Part shown: one piece after another, positions 1 to 11,270 of the stretch | Position numbering within the stretch: the first letter of the stretch is position 1 | Layout: each line of letters opens with the position of its first letter | Assembly: GCF_001194135.2 (NCBI RefSeq) | Contig: NC_068996.1 | Span: 45,031,219 to 45,065,587, forward strand | Direction: 5' to 3' | DNA: 34,369 bases | From: Octopus bimaculoides | Lineage: Eukaryota | Made by a program: the position numbers and the translations under genes | Notes under the pieces: generated by a model | Seen by the model: the letters and a program-made list of their open reading frames with translations, nothing else | Told to the model about the DNA's origin: nothing | The model's database searches: none

Positions 1-108
1 TACTCTAACCACTAACACACACACACCTTCACATGTACTTAAGTACATACACTTATACATATATAAACATACACATACATGCGAAACATTATATATAAAT
101 ACACATTC

Positions 109-344
109 CTTTCTTATTTCTTTATTGCCCACAAGGGGCTAAATATAGAGGGGACAAACAAGGACAGACAAACGGATTAAGTCGATTATACCGACCCCAG
201 TGCGTAACTGGTACTTAATTTATCGACCCTGAAAGGATGAAAGGCAAAGTCGACCTCGGCGGAATTTGAACTCAGAACGTAACGGCAGACGAAATACCGC
301 TAAGCATTTCGCCCGCATGCTAACGTTTCTGCCAGCTCGCCGCC
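109..344 (-). mobile_element. tRNA-derived SINE, group A (head GGCGGCGAGCTGGCAGAA), full length with target-site duplication
   Basis: Minus strand has A-box (GGCGAGCTGGCAGAA) and B-box (GAGTTCAAATTCC). The central CCTTTCATCCTT..GGGTCGATAAA..AGTACCAG motif recurs elsewhere in the window. It is flanked by an imperfect direct repeat, TATAAATACACATTC (94-108) / TATAAGTAGACATTC (345-359). Confidence 0.9.
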
Positions 345-394
345 TATAAGTAGACATTCTTTTCTACATACGAAAGTCTGGATCTTACAAATTT

Positions 395-560
395 CCCGTG
401 TACCAATTCTTATTCACAAGTTCCATTAGTGTTAAATTTCATATTCGGTTAATTGCATAACTAAGGGTCATGCCAGAAAACGTCTACATAGAATATTGCT
501 GACTGCATCAAATCGAAAACCACATGATTGCAACTCAACTCTCTTAACCACACGGCCATA
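395..560 (-). mobile_element. degenerate tRNA-derived SINE (group D-like head)
   Basis: Minus strand starts TATGGCCGTGTGGTTAAG...CAATCATGTGGTTTTCGATTTG, resembling the group D heads at 4156-4312 and 31012-31392. It is heavily diverged. Confidence 0.45.
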
Positions 561-916
561 TTTTTATTCGACTACCTAAAGCCAGTTTCGATTATTAATT
601 GGAACCAGTTATCTCATCACATTTAAAACAATAGCTCACCCACTCCCGGGATATTCATGTTTATAAAATCTCTCTTTGTTTTTGCGTCTACGGAATTACT
701 TTACTGCTGTTAAGCTGATAATGCCGCCCTCTGGAGAAATGCAAATGAAAATTACAACTTTACTCAATTTTCAGTTTCTGTAAGAAACTATTATTTATAT
801 GTTTATTTTCAGTATGGTGTGTATGAAGTATTTCACTGTATTTGGTTTCCAAAGAGAATGGTGTACTTACGTATATCCCTTTGTATGTATATATGTGTGT
901 GTATAAAATTATGTTC

Positions 917-950
<34 letters not shown>

Positions 951-1349
951 NNNNNNNNNNNNNNNNNNNNNNNNNNNNNNNNNNNNNNNNNNNNNNNNNN
1001 NNNNNNNNNNNNNNNNNNNNNNNNNNNNNNNNNNNNNNNNNNNNNNNNNNNNNNNNNNNNNNNNNNNNNNNNNNNNNNNNNNNNNNNNNNNNNNNNNNNN
1101 NNNNNNNNNNNNNNNNNNNNNNNNNNNNNNNNNNNNNNNNNNNNNNNNNNNNNNNNNNNNNNNNNNNNNNNNNNNNNNNNNNNNNNNNNNNNNNNNNNNN
1201 NNNNNNNNNNNNNNNNNNNNNNNNNNNNNNNNNNNNNNNNNNNNNNNNNNNNNNNNNNNNNNNNNNNNNNNNNNNNNNNNNNNNNNNNNNNNNNNNNNNN
1301 NNNNNNNNNNNNNNNNNNNNNNNNNNNNNNNNNNNNNNNNNNNNNNNNN
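951..1349. other. assembly gap (others at 7619-8550, 11289-11540, 19795-20020, 23236-24103, 26676-26884, 28636-28645)
   Basis: Runs of N. Six of the seven gaps abut (TA)n on at least one side. Confidence 0.99.
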
Positions 1350-1360
1350 TGTGTGTGTGT

Positions 1361-1396
<36 letters not shown>

Positions 1397-2319
1397 ACGT
1401 ATGTATTTATATCGGCAGAAGAGCTTGTGAAACTTATTGCGTATTATTTATTCACCATTACACATGTTTCATTCACTAATAAAAATTACTAAGGTGTACA
1501 TGTAAGATAAATATGTAAGATATCCCCTATTAGAAATTCTTCAGAGAGAGAAACAACCAATCCAAAATTTACATTTAGATGTAGCGTTTGTATGTAGTAA
1601 GGCATCAAAAGTCATATAGATAGGTCGAGGGAGAGAAATAAAGAACAAATTAGTTGTATAGAAAGGTGACACAGAGCTAGAGATTGAAGTAACACGTGCA
1701 CATTGATATACACATATACATCAATGTACATATATACACCTTCACACACACACACACGCGCGCACATATACCTAAATTCAGACTGTTACTAATACACAAG
1801 ACAAAAGCATTTTACGTACATTGGTGTATATATATATATGCATTAATTCCTTAATCCCTAACTCCCCCTCTCCTTTCTGTACAACTAAATTTACCCTTCA
1901 TTCTCTCCTCCAACTATCTATACAACTCCTGATTACTAACTATAAATAAACGCTTCATCCAAATATAAATTTTGTATTACCTGAGCCCCTGTACAATTTT
2001 GTAACTCTTCTTAGCAAATGAAAGTGTAATGGCAAATATTCGATAACAAACTTTTTTTTCCCAAACCTCTTGTTTTGATAAATATACTTTAAACAATATT
2101 TTCAGAATTTTCAACTCTTTTATGCGTATCTCAAAATAAATAAATAAGATAAAATAAAACATAGATATTACTTCTACATACGGAATTAGAATATTGGTAA
2201 ATGTGCTTCAAGAGGACTCAGCTTGGATTTTAACCATACGTACATTATATGTATGAGTGGAAGTCAAAAATTATCTGCACTTTTACCATAACGCATCTTT
2301 ATTATTATCACACTGCCAA

Positions 2320-2420
2320 CTGCGCGTGCGAGCTTATAGTCGGAACGATTGTGGTCACGTGATCGAAGTTTGAGTCTGACCGCGCCATTTTTTTTTTTTT
2401 GGTGGGGGAGGGGGGCTTCA
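2320..2420. promoter_or_regulatory. candidate CpG-rich promoter-like patch (E-box plus YY1-like motif)
   Basis: CpG density is locally high in an AT-rich background. GTCACGTGA (2354-2362) is a USF/CLEAR-type E-box and CGCCATTTT (2383-2391) is a YY1 core. Motif match only. Confidence 0.3.
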
Positions 2421-2577
2421 CAGTGTAAGCATGACCGCTCCACTAGCAATGTGCACCAAAAAACAAAGATCAGTGATCTGATTTCTCTGGAAAACGAGAG
2501 TACGATTAACAGAGCAAGATACAATGCTTTGCCGGCCAACAAACTGAAGCGGGGAAAATTTCTGACTTTCCTCGTAT

Positions 2578-2626
<49 letters not shown>

Positions 2627-2817
2627 CACACGAGGGTTCTGACTCAAGTTTTGACTGCTATGTCTTGCATGGTGGTATCCGTTTTGATACCTTTAATTAT
2701 AATTTTAATAATAGTAATTACCTATAAGGTTTTTTTTCCGTGCTGACCACTCGATATGATCGTTATTTTAAATAACTGTCTCATCCTCTCTATTTATTAT
2801 TATGTACGAATGAGAAA

Positions 2818-3074
2818 GTGGAGGCGCAATGGCCCAGTGGTTAGGGTAGCGGACTCGCGGTCATAGGATCGCGGTTTCGATTCCTAGACCAGGCGTTGTG
2901 AGTGTTTATTGAGCGAAAACACCTAAAACTCCACGAGGCTCCGGCAGGGCATGGTGGCGAACCCTGCTGTACTCTACCACCACAACCTGCTCTCACTCTT
3001 ACTTCCTGTTTCTGCTGTGCCGGAAATTCAAAGGGTCAGCCTTATCACACTGTGTCACGCTGAATATCCCCGAA
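2818..3074 (+). mobile_element. tRNA-derived SINE, group C, 3'-truncated
   Basis: Head GTGGAGGCGCAATGGCCCAGTGGTTAGG (A-box) and GGTTTCGATTCC (B-box). Its 3' part CAAAGGGTCAGCCTTATCACACTGTGTCACGCTGAAT is shared with the group B copies at 5733 and 9843. Confidence 0.85.
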
Positions 3075-3095
3075 CCCTAACCCTAACCCTAACCC
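3073..3095 (-). repeat. short interstitial telomeric repeat (TTAGGG)3+
   Basis: AACCCTAACCCTAACCCTAACCC on the plus strand is the metazoan telomere repeat on the minus strand. Confidence 0.85.
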
Positions 3096-3909
3096 ATATT
3101 TGAAACCTGTCAATAGGGTATTTACTCAGGGAGAATTTCCAAAAAGAAGTTACATTTCGACATGTAGGTTAACCTACGACAAACTCGAATGCGTATATTT
3201 TCTTGAATGCAAGCGTTACCTTAAAAGAACAGTTGCTATCATATGTACATAAATAAACACATTCAATATATTTGTGCTCGTGCAAATATAGTGATGTTAT
3301 AGTAGTTAAGAAGATATACTTATTATAGAGAGAAAGAGAAAGAGAGATGAAAACGAGTGAGTGGGGAGGAATGGTAAGATGAAATTTGAAGGAGACGTTA
3401 GCTATATATATGATGTAGTTGAGCATATGTTTGTTAACAATACTGAAGATTAATAAAAATCTATTATATCAATTCCATTTCATTCCATCTAAAATTGTTA
3501 CGTCATCAATATTTGCGTAGATATACGGTCAATATTCATTACGTAAGTGAAAGCAGAACCTACATATTATTAGATATTATATATAGAAAATTGTTATTAT
3601 AACTAAGTACACAAAACTTGTTATTAATTTAAGATAATACTGTATGTTATATCTTAAGTTTAGTTTAATAGGTTACTATATAGATTTTAACTAAATATTT
3701 CAGAGAAGTATGTTTAATCAAATTTACAGTAAAATAGATATACATTGTCACTTATATTAGATTTAGCTTACATTTACGATATCTAATTAGTATATTATAC
3801 TTATTTAATGTATTATACCTGAAAAACTGCATTATACTAGAAATGTTGATCTATTTAAGTATATAAATATCTTTGATATATAAGCAATTACCAATGATTA
3901 CTATAAACC

Positions 3910-4149
3910 TAATACTAGTGCCTAAATATCCATTTTGGCGCATGTACACAAGAAAATCCCATTTATATCTTAGCACTTAAAAGACGTCTTTTAGAAAATA
4001 ATATTAAATACAACTCTTCTAGACAGAGAAAGCAAAACGAGTTTCCAGGTTTGTAAGCAATTACCTTGCTTATTATTTCCCACTCCGCAGAAAAAAAACT
4101 TGTTTTGCTGTCCTCTAAATCCCAAATAAATCTACCAAGACTTGTGGAA
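3910..4149 (-). mobile_element. Penelope-like element GIY-YIG endonuclease C-terminal fragment (decayed)
   Basis: Translation TSLGRFIWDLEDSKTSFFSAEWEIISKVIAYKPGNSFCFLCLEELYLILFSKRRLLSAKI*MGFSCVHAPKW fits the PLE pattern T.LS..IW.LK...W.I...Y....C.LCL.E..I...LLN...C.H, with one in-frame stop. Confidence 0.8.
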
Positions 4150-4155
4150 GAAGAC

Positions 4156-4312
4156 ACGACGAGCTCCTTTCAGTTTCCGTCTACCAAACCCACTCACAAG
4201 GTTTTGGTCGGCCTCAGGGTATAGTAGAAGACTTTTGCCCAAAGTGTTACGCATTGGGACTGAACTCGGAACCATGTGGTCGGGAAGCATGCTTCTTACT
4301 ACACGCCCATGT
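4156..4312 (-). mobile_element. tRNA-derived SINE group D, 5' half
   Basis: Minus strand ...CCACATGGTTCCGAGTTCAGTCCC...TTGGGCAAAAGTCTTCTACTATA...GGTAGACGGAAACTGAAAG matches 31225-31392 and 20060-20214. Confidence 0.9.
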
Positions 4313-4623
4313 CTTAACATTTTTTTTCTTCTTTATATAGAAATTTAATTTGTAATATTAATTCTTACGCAGAAATTTATATTTAAATCAAGGTGTTTGT
4401 GATTAGAAATTTAATAAGCATTCATCAAATTTTAATTGGAACATTTGGAAATGATAAAATTATTGTTATTAATGTCATTTGTTATGTCTGTGTTATCACT
4501 TTAGATTTGTATTGAACTAGCCGAGGTTCACAGTAAAACAAATCGATCATAGATTATAAGGGTTTGATCTACTAAATAATATTTAATTTTGTTTCAATTA
4601 TTACTTTTCTCCCGCGCACCCCC

Positions 4624-4657
<34 letters not shown>

Positions 4658-4671
4658 TTTCTCTCACTTTA

Positions 4672-4706
4672 TTTCTTTCTTTCTTCCTTCCTTTCTTTCT
4701 TCCTTC

Positions 4707-4769
<63 letters not shown>

Positions 4770-4770
4770 T
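4672..4770. repeat. (TTTC)n tetranucleotide microsatellite
   Basis: Direct reading. Confidence 0.95.
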
Positions 4771-4859
4771 TTTCTCATTCCGTCTCGTTTTCCACTTCCC
4801 CTGATTTTTCCCTTTATCTCTCTTTCTCAATTCAATAACTAATCAAGCAACCCATTCAC

Positions 4860-5540
4860 TCACACACAAACACACGTGCAAAATATATTAGACTACTGTA
4901 CGTGTGCGTGTGTGTGTGTGTGCTTGGGTGTGCGTGTTTATGCGTCTGAGTATGTGCTTGCGTGTGTGTGTGTGTGTGTGTGTGTTTGTATGTGTATGTG
5001 CTTGTGTGTGTGTATATGTGTGTGCTTGTGTGTGTATCACCTGCCTGAAGATAATGAGCAGCACACTTTATTCGATACAATAGACACACACACACACGAA
5101 TACAAGAGCACGCACACCCACACACACAATCACACATACACACACACACAGAAGCACATACACGAGCGCGGGCGAACACACACACATACACACACACACA
5201 CATACACAAACACACATGCAAACATATTAGACTACTGTATATGTGTGTGTATGCTTGTGTTTGTGCGTGTGTGTGTTTATGCCTCTGTGTGTGTATGCTT
5301 GTATGTGTCTGTGTCTGTGTGTTTGTATGTGTATGTGCTTGTGTGTACGTGTGTGTGCTTGTGTGTATCACCTGCATTAAGATTATGAGCAGCACACTTT
5401 AATCGATACAATGGACAAACACACATACACACACGCACACACAGACACACACACACACACAGGCACACACACACACAGACACACACATACACACACACAT
5501 AACAAACACACACACGCGCACGCGCGAACAGGCACATTCA
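4860..5540. repeat. two-unit tandem duplication (~335-340 bp) of alternating (TG)n and (CA)n arms with unique spacers
   Basis: Spacer ATATTAGACTACTGTA occurs at 4885-4900 and 5224-5239. Spacer TATCACCTGC..AAGAT.ATGAGCAGCACACTTTA.TCGATACAAT starts at 5035 and 5366. Confidence 0.9.
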
Positions 5541-5596
5541 GTGTATATGTCAGCTTATGTTAATTCGTACAGATGTATGCATATATTCTCTCTCTT

Positions 5597-5663
<67 letters not shown>

Positions 5664-5732
5664 GAGTGTGTGTGTGTGTGTCCCCGAGTGTGTGTGTGTG
5701 TGTCTCTGTGTGTGTGTGTGTGTGATGATGAT

Positions 5733-6033
5733 GTGAAGGCGCGTGGCTTACTGGTTACGGCTCACGATCATAAGCTCGTGAGTTCAATTCCTTGAGCAAG
5801 ACCCTTTATTTCATGTTGCTCCAGTCCACTCACCTGGCAAAAATGAGTAGTACCTGTATTTCAAACGGGATAGTCTTGCGGCATTCTGTGTCACGGTGAA
5901 TCTCCCTGAGAACTACGTTAGGGGTACACATGTCTGTGGAGTACTCAACCACTAGCACGTTAACTTCACGAGCAAGTTGCTCCGTTGATCGTATCAGCTG
6001 GGACCCTCGTCGTCGTAACCGACGGAGTACTCC
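5733..6033 (+). mobile_element. tRNA-derived SINE group B (internally deleted copy)
   Basis: Colinear with 9843-10168 from GTGAAGGCGC to CGTCGTCGTAACCGACGGAGT, with short deletions in the tRNA head. Confidence 0.9.
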
Positions 6034-6251
6034 TATACATGCGATGCGCCTATATACGCTGATGAATATTTCTATTGACAGTTATGCACGTCTGTATGTG
6101 TGCGTGTATGATTATACAAGTATGTGTATATCGCTAAACGTGCATAGTCAGACACATACTTGTATACGTTTAAGTAGTACCTACACATATGAATACATGT
6201 ATATACGTGTTTGTAATTATATTGGTGTGTGTGTGCATGTGTGTGTGTGTC

Positions 6252-6282
<31 letters not shown>

Positions 6283-6873
6283 GTGTTTGTGTGCGCCTTT
6301 ATCTGTGAGTCAATGTGTAAATACATAATGAAATTCAATAATGATTCTGCTATGATACTTTATCATTATATACTTATACTGCATCCAACGTTCGTACCAT
6401 ATCGTTACTTCGCGCATGCGCATACAGATACATATTGATATTTTTCTGAGATAATTCTAGCGAATTCTATTTGAAGCTCTGTACGCATCGATTTTGATTG
6501 TGTATACATTAAGGAAAGGTTAGCACTGGGTCAATAAAATATATTTACAGAATCCGAAAACATCCCATTAAAATGAAAATATCTGTTTTTATTACACTGC
6601 AATAATCTATATTTTCAGTAAATTGGGTTTGCGAATACGATCTGTTCAGCGGAGAATTTATATAATTATTGCGATGACAAAAGTTAGTTCTCTTCTTTCT
6701 TCATTCGTCAAATAATTCCAAAAGCTGATTCCCGAGTGAGTAATGTATATTACTTAAACTTGGTAAGATTGATGACTATAATATTCCTTTTACTCTGTTC
6801 TATAATTATCTCATCTTATCTATTCTGTTCAGTCATCTCTAGTTTAATTTAGAAAGATCAACAATTGGCATAC

Positions 6874-6906
6874 CGTCATCTTCTTTGCACTCTTATTCTC
6901 CGCATC
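6874..6906 (-). CDS. candidate 33-nt in-frame microexon (DAENKSAKKMT) of an unidentified host gene
   Basis: Acceptor TTGTCTTTGCTCAG and donor ACG/GTATGC. The length is a multiple of 3 and only one frame is open. No protein match recognised. Confidence 0.3.
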
Positions 6907-7058
6907 CTGAGCAAAGACAATTTAACTCTTTCGACGTCATCTGAAAACGCAGCTGTTTTCTTGTTGAGAAATAGAAGACTTCCGCTGTTAATTCTCTCAC
7001 GGTTTACGATTCAGTATGGAATAAGACTTTACACTACCAATGTCAGATTATATATACA

Positions 7059-7138
<80 letters not shown>

Positions 7139-7571
7139 TGAGACACTTAATTTTTCGTCAATTTCCGATTATTTCACTACCACTAAACCATTCAATAGAT
7201 GTCCCTTCAAGATTGAAAGGACTTTAACAAAAGCTGGTTGTGTTGTCCAAACTTCGGAAATGCGTTCTGAACAGCCAAATTTATTTTAGTCATTCATATA
7301 AGTATATGATACGTTGAATTAATTATACTCACACGCACACATACGAACTCATACGGTTTTAGTTATGTTTCTCTTACGCTTTGGTGCTTTAAGAAATACT
7401 CCAGGCGATACAATTACTTTTCAGTCAGCTGGCACGGGCACGCATTAATATCGCTGTGTTTCTCTCAACTTCTATGTGTATACATACATACATACATACA
7501 TACATACATACATACATACACACACACACATATATATATATACACACATTTATCTATATATATGTATGTGT

Positions 7572-7618
<47 letters not shown>

Positions 7619-8576
7619 NNNNNNNNNNNNNNNNNNNNNNNNNNNNNNNNNNNNNNNNNNNNNNNNNNNNNNNNNNNNNNNNNNNNNNNNNNNNNNNNNN
7701 NNNNNNNNNNNNNNNNNNNNNNNNNNNNNNNNNNNNNNNNNNNNNNNNNNNNNNNNNNNNNNNNNNNNNNNNNNNNNNNNNNNNNNNNNNNNNNNNNNNN
7801 NNNNNNNNNNNNNNNNNNNNNNNNNNNNNNNNNNNNNNNNNNNNNNNNNNNNNNNNNNNNNNNNNNNNNNNNNNNNNNNNNNNNNNNNNNNNNNNNNNNN
7901 NNNNNNNNNNNNNNNNNNNNNNNNNNNNNNNNNNNNNNNNNNNNNNNNNNNNNNNNNNNNNNNNNNNNNNNNNNNNNNNNNNNNNNNNNNNNNNNNNNNN
8001 NNNNNNNNNNNNNNNNNNNNNNNNNNNNNNNNNNNNNNNNNNNNNNNNNNNNNNNNNNNNNNNNNNNNNNNNNNNNNNNNNNNNNNNNNNNNNNNNNNNN
8101 NNNNNNNNNNNNNNNNNNNNNNNNNNNNNNNNNNNNNNNNNNNNNNNNNNNNNNNNNNNNNNNNNNNNNNNNNNNNNNNNNNNNNNNNNNNNNNNNNNNN
8201 NNNNNNNNNNNNNNNNNNNNNNNNNNNNNNNNNNNNNNNNNNNNNNNNNNNNNNNNNNNNNNNNNNNNNNNNNNNNNNNNNNNNNNNNNNNNNNNNNNNN
8301 NNNNNNNNNNNNNNNNNNNNNNNNNNNNNNNNNNNNNNNNNNNNNNNNNNNNNNNNNNNNNNNNNNNNNNNNNNNNNNNNNNNNNNNNNNNNNNNNNNNN
8401 NNNNNNNNNNNNNNNNNNNNNNNNNNNNNNNNNNNNNNNNNNNNNNNNNNNNNNNNNNNNNNNNNNNNNNNNNNNNNNNNNNNNNNNNNNNNNNNNNNNN
8501 NNNNNNNNNNNNNNNNNNNNNNNNNNNNNNNNNNNNNNNNNNNNNNNNNNTTAAAAGCAGCAGAAATATAACAAAA

Positions 8577-8620
8577 AAACCGTTACTCTGAGTTTCACGT
8601 TCCCGTTCATCGGACAGTTT
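8577..8620 (-). ncRNA. mirror-image type I hammerhead ribozyme motif
   Basis: Exact reverse-complement copy of 8627-8670 in the left arm of the palindrome. Confidence 0.7.
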
Positions 8621-8626
8621 TGTTAG

Positions 8627-8670
8627 AAACTGTCCGATGAACGGGAACGTGAAACTCAGAGTAACGGTTT
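8627..8670 (+). ncRNA. type I hammerhead ribozyme motif (U4C core variant)
   Basis: Stem I AAACUGU/ACGGUUU; core CCGAUGA (8634-8640); stem II ACG-GGAA-CGU; GAA; stem III ACU-CAG-AGU; cleavage triplet GUA (A17 = 8663). Confidence 0.75.
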
Positions 8671-9217
8671 TTTTGTTATATTTCTGCTGCTTTTAAATAA
8701 AGCATATTACTCTACCTCTGGTATTTGAGTACTCTTTTTTCCACCTTGTTGCACATTTCATGTGCTTACTCCGGTATATATACATATATATATATATACA
8801 CATACATATACACACACACGAACACTCACCCTTGCACAAGCTCACACGATACAATCCCTGTTTTTAAAAACTGTACGGTAATATGTTATTGTTAAATTGT
8901 TATATTTACTTAGTTGAATGACAAGATATAATCTTCATTCTGTCCCTCCTCACATTGTATTAGATGGTCAAAACTATGACGAGAGGTCATTAATATGAAT
9001 TTGTTTGAGGTAGATACGACCAGGGAGAATACTTTTGAAAAACACGGTGAGGGCTGTCATCGGATGAGAGTTGCAATGTTTATAATTAACAGAGGGAAGA
9101 TAGATTTAGCAGCAGCGGCTTTGTTAGCTAATGTGTCAAGAAAAGCTTCAATATTTGCTTTTTATGATGTGCCTGGAGGTATATTTTCCCTATGTGCCTG
9201 TGCGTTAGCTTCTCTGT

Positions 9218-9255
<38 letters not shown>

Positions 9256-9842
9256 TTGCGGGTAATAACTTGGGAGTTGGAAGCTAACAATGATTGCAAA
9301 TTATGTGCTGTTTGATAGCAGCGGTCCTGATTTTAGTTACATCTTTATTTAGAAGAGGAAGGTTTTGTATTCTGTAAAGTTAATAGAATTCCTCTTGGCA
9401 ATTGGATAGAAAATCCGTCTGCAGTTTAGGATGTGAGATAACTTGCCAATTATGTTTTTGTCTTTGTTGTTGCTTTTGATTTTGTTGTTGTTCTTGTTTT
9501 GTTATTGCTCTTGTAGCTTTTGCTTAGTTAGAGAAAAATATTAAAAGACATGTATGGTACGGGTCATTAAGACGTATTTATTTTACGTTGTTATTATTGT
9601 TTAACTGAAGTTAGTTTTGAACCAACAGACAGAAGATCAACATGGTTTCAGATCTCACTGTATCTGGTGTCCTTGTGTATCTATGACTCCATTATCCAAT
9701 GTGTCCTTCCCTTGTTTCGTCGGTAAGAGAATGACTCGAAGGATATTTGGTATTTCGTAATCAGAACCACGGCGTTGGTGGTGGAAGATAAAATAACTGA
9801 AGTGTATTGTTTCTTGTTCCTCTCGTCCTTACGTTTATTAAA

Positions 9843-10168
9843 GTGAAGGCGCATGGCTTAGTGGTTAGGGCATTCGGCTCCCGATCATAAGGTCGTGAGT
9901 TCAATTCCCCGCGACGCATTGTGTCCTTGGGCAAGATACTTTATTTCACGTTGCACCAGTCCACTGAGCTGGCAAAAATGAGTAGTGCTTGTATTTCAAA
10001 GGGCTGGCCTTGTCACACTCTGTGTCAAGCTGAATCTCACTGAGAACTACGGTAGGGGTACACGTGTCTGTGGAGTGCTCAGCCACTTTCACGTTAATTT
10101 CACGAGCAAGCTGTTCCATTGATTGGATCAGCTGGGACACTCGTCGTCGTAACCGACGGAGTGCTCCT
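9843..10168 (+). mobile_element. tRNA-derived SINE group B, full length
   Basis: A-box GCATGGCTTAGTGG and B-box GAGTTCAATTCC. The central GTGTCCTTGGGCAAGATACTTTATTTCACGTTGCACCAGTCCAC motif is typical of conserved SINE central domains. A second copy lies at 5733. Confidence 0.92.
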
Positions 10169-10194
10169 TCAAGTTTATTAAATACAAAACCCAT

Positions 10195-10450
10195 GCAGCA
10201 AGTGGCAGTGGTGACGGTGATGATGGTGGTGATGGTGATGACGATGGTGTTGATGACGACGATGATGTTGATGACGGTGATGGTGATGGAAGTAGTGGTT
10301 GCGGTGGTGGTTTCCGATGGACGTTTGGCGATGATAACAACGTCGACAAAGACGATGACAAAGACGACGAGGGTAACGGCGACGGCATGATGTTGACTGA
10401 TAATGATGACGACGGTGGCGATGAGGACAAAGATGTTGATAGTAAAGATG
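10195..10450. repeat. degenerate (GAT/GAC/GGT)n trinucleotide low-complexity tract
   Basis: Direct reading. It explains the spurious M/V/T-rich and S/P-rich ORFs. Confidence 0.85.
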
Positions 10451-11222
10451 GCCGCGGAAGCACTAATTCTATTCTATTTAGATTCCATATCCTTTATCAT
10501 AAGAAAAAACATTTCACCATTAGAATTTCATATTTAAAATTTTAGAGGACGCAATAGAAGGTGGGTACTCAGATTTTATGTAAATGAGTATAACGAGAAT
10601 CAGAGATGATCGAAAAGCTGGAGCTTTTCCAGTCGATAAGCACGACGAAGCATAGAAGAATAAAAATGGATGGTGAGGTAAATTTAATGGAGAAAGTCAT
10701 CTCCTCCATTTTCTTCATATTACTATTACTATATTTGTAATCAAAATTCTCGTAAGAAGACACTTTGGCAACTTAGTGTAAAGTGCTTTTTACGATTTTC
10801 TTGAATGCAGGTAGTATTATGGAGAGAAAAGAAAAAATTGTTACGGAGCGTGAACAAAGAACTTCAGTTTCATCAATTTATTATGAAGATCTTTATTTTG
10901 CTTTGAGAATCCGTTTCCTAACAAAATAGTTTTTGATTTCAACACAATGACAAAATCTTTGGATTTCTAGTTTGTCATATTTCAGGAAAAGCAGTTTTGA
11001 TAACAATAAAATGATATAATGCTATATAACAGAAATAGTATTAATTCGGAATAACAGTCTATATCTTACGCAACATTGATATATTGCAAGAAAGCCACAA
11101 TAATGCGGTGTTCGTCTTGAGAAAAGATCTTGTATATAGGTATAATGCTAGAAAAACACACTAGTGCATCAGTAGGTGACGCAAAGAATCCAGCAGCAGC
11201 AGCAGCAGCAGCAAAATTTCTA

Positions 11223-11270
11223 CAGCATGGCCGCAGTCAAATGACTGAAACAAGTAAAACAATGAAAGAA
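11223..11270 (+). mobile_element. SINE group D 3' terminal fragment followed by (TA)n
   Basis: CAGCATGGCCGCAGTCAAATGACTGAAACAAGTAAAA matches the end of 30144-30340 and of 19545-20214. Confidence 0.85.

Larger units (their letters stand above)
8551..8696. repeat. perfect inverted repeat, 70-bp arms, 6-nt loop
   Basis: 8551-8620 is the exact reverse complement of 8627-8696 (checked base by base), with loop TGTTAG. The left arm abuts an N-gap, so it may be longer. Confidence 0.95.

Noticed and set aside
819-1492. Long ORFs running through N-gaps (also 7456-8591, 11130-11642, 19686-20234, 23171-24244, 26454-27218)
   Set aside because: They consist of X and YI/CV/HT repeats; artefacts of gaps and microsatellites.
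2818-2895. tRNA-like heads (also at 9843, 12070, 31392)
   Set aside because: They are SINE promoters with A and B boxes but no complete cloverleaf, so not called as tRNA genes.
4856-5540. CRISPR-like alternation of repeats and spacers
   Set aside because: The context is eukaryotic, the conserved parts are the spacers, there are only two units and no cas genes. Reported as a tandem duplication instead.
8960-9500. Possible decayed L2/CR1-type APE endonuclease on the minus strand (IPP..IEAFLDTL, HCN..KSILP)
   Set aside because: Motif fragments are in different frames and the diagnostic GDFN is absent; it would need tBLASTn or HMM support.
10064-10463. 108-aa and 111-aa ORFs
   Set aside because: They combine a SINE 3' half with a GAT/GGT low-complexity tract.
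10569-10763. Possible exon or transmembrane-like ORF
   Set aside because: No recognisable protein motif, and splice signals are ambiguous on both strands.
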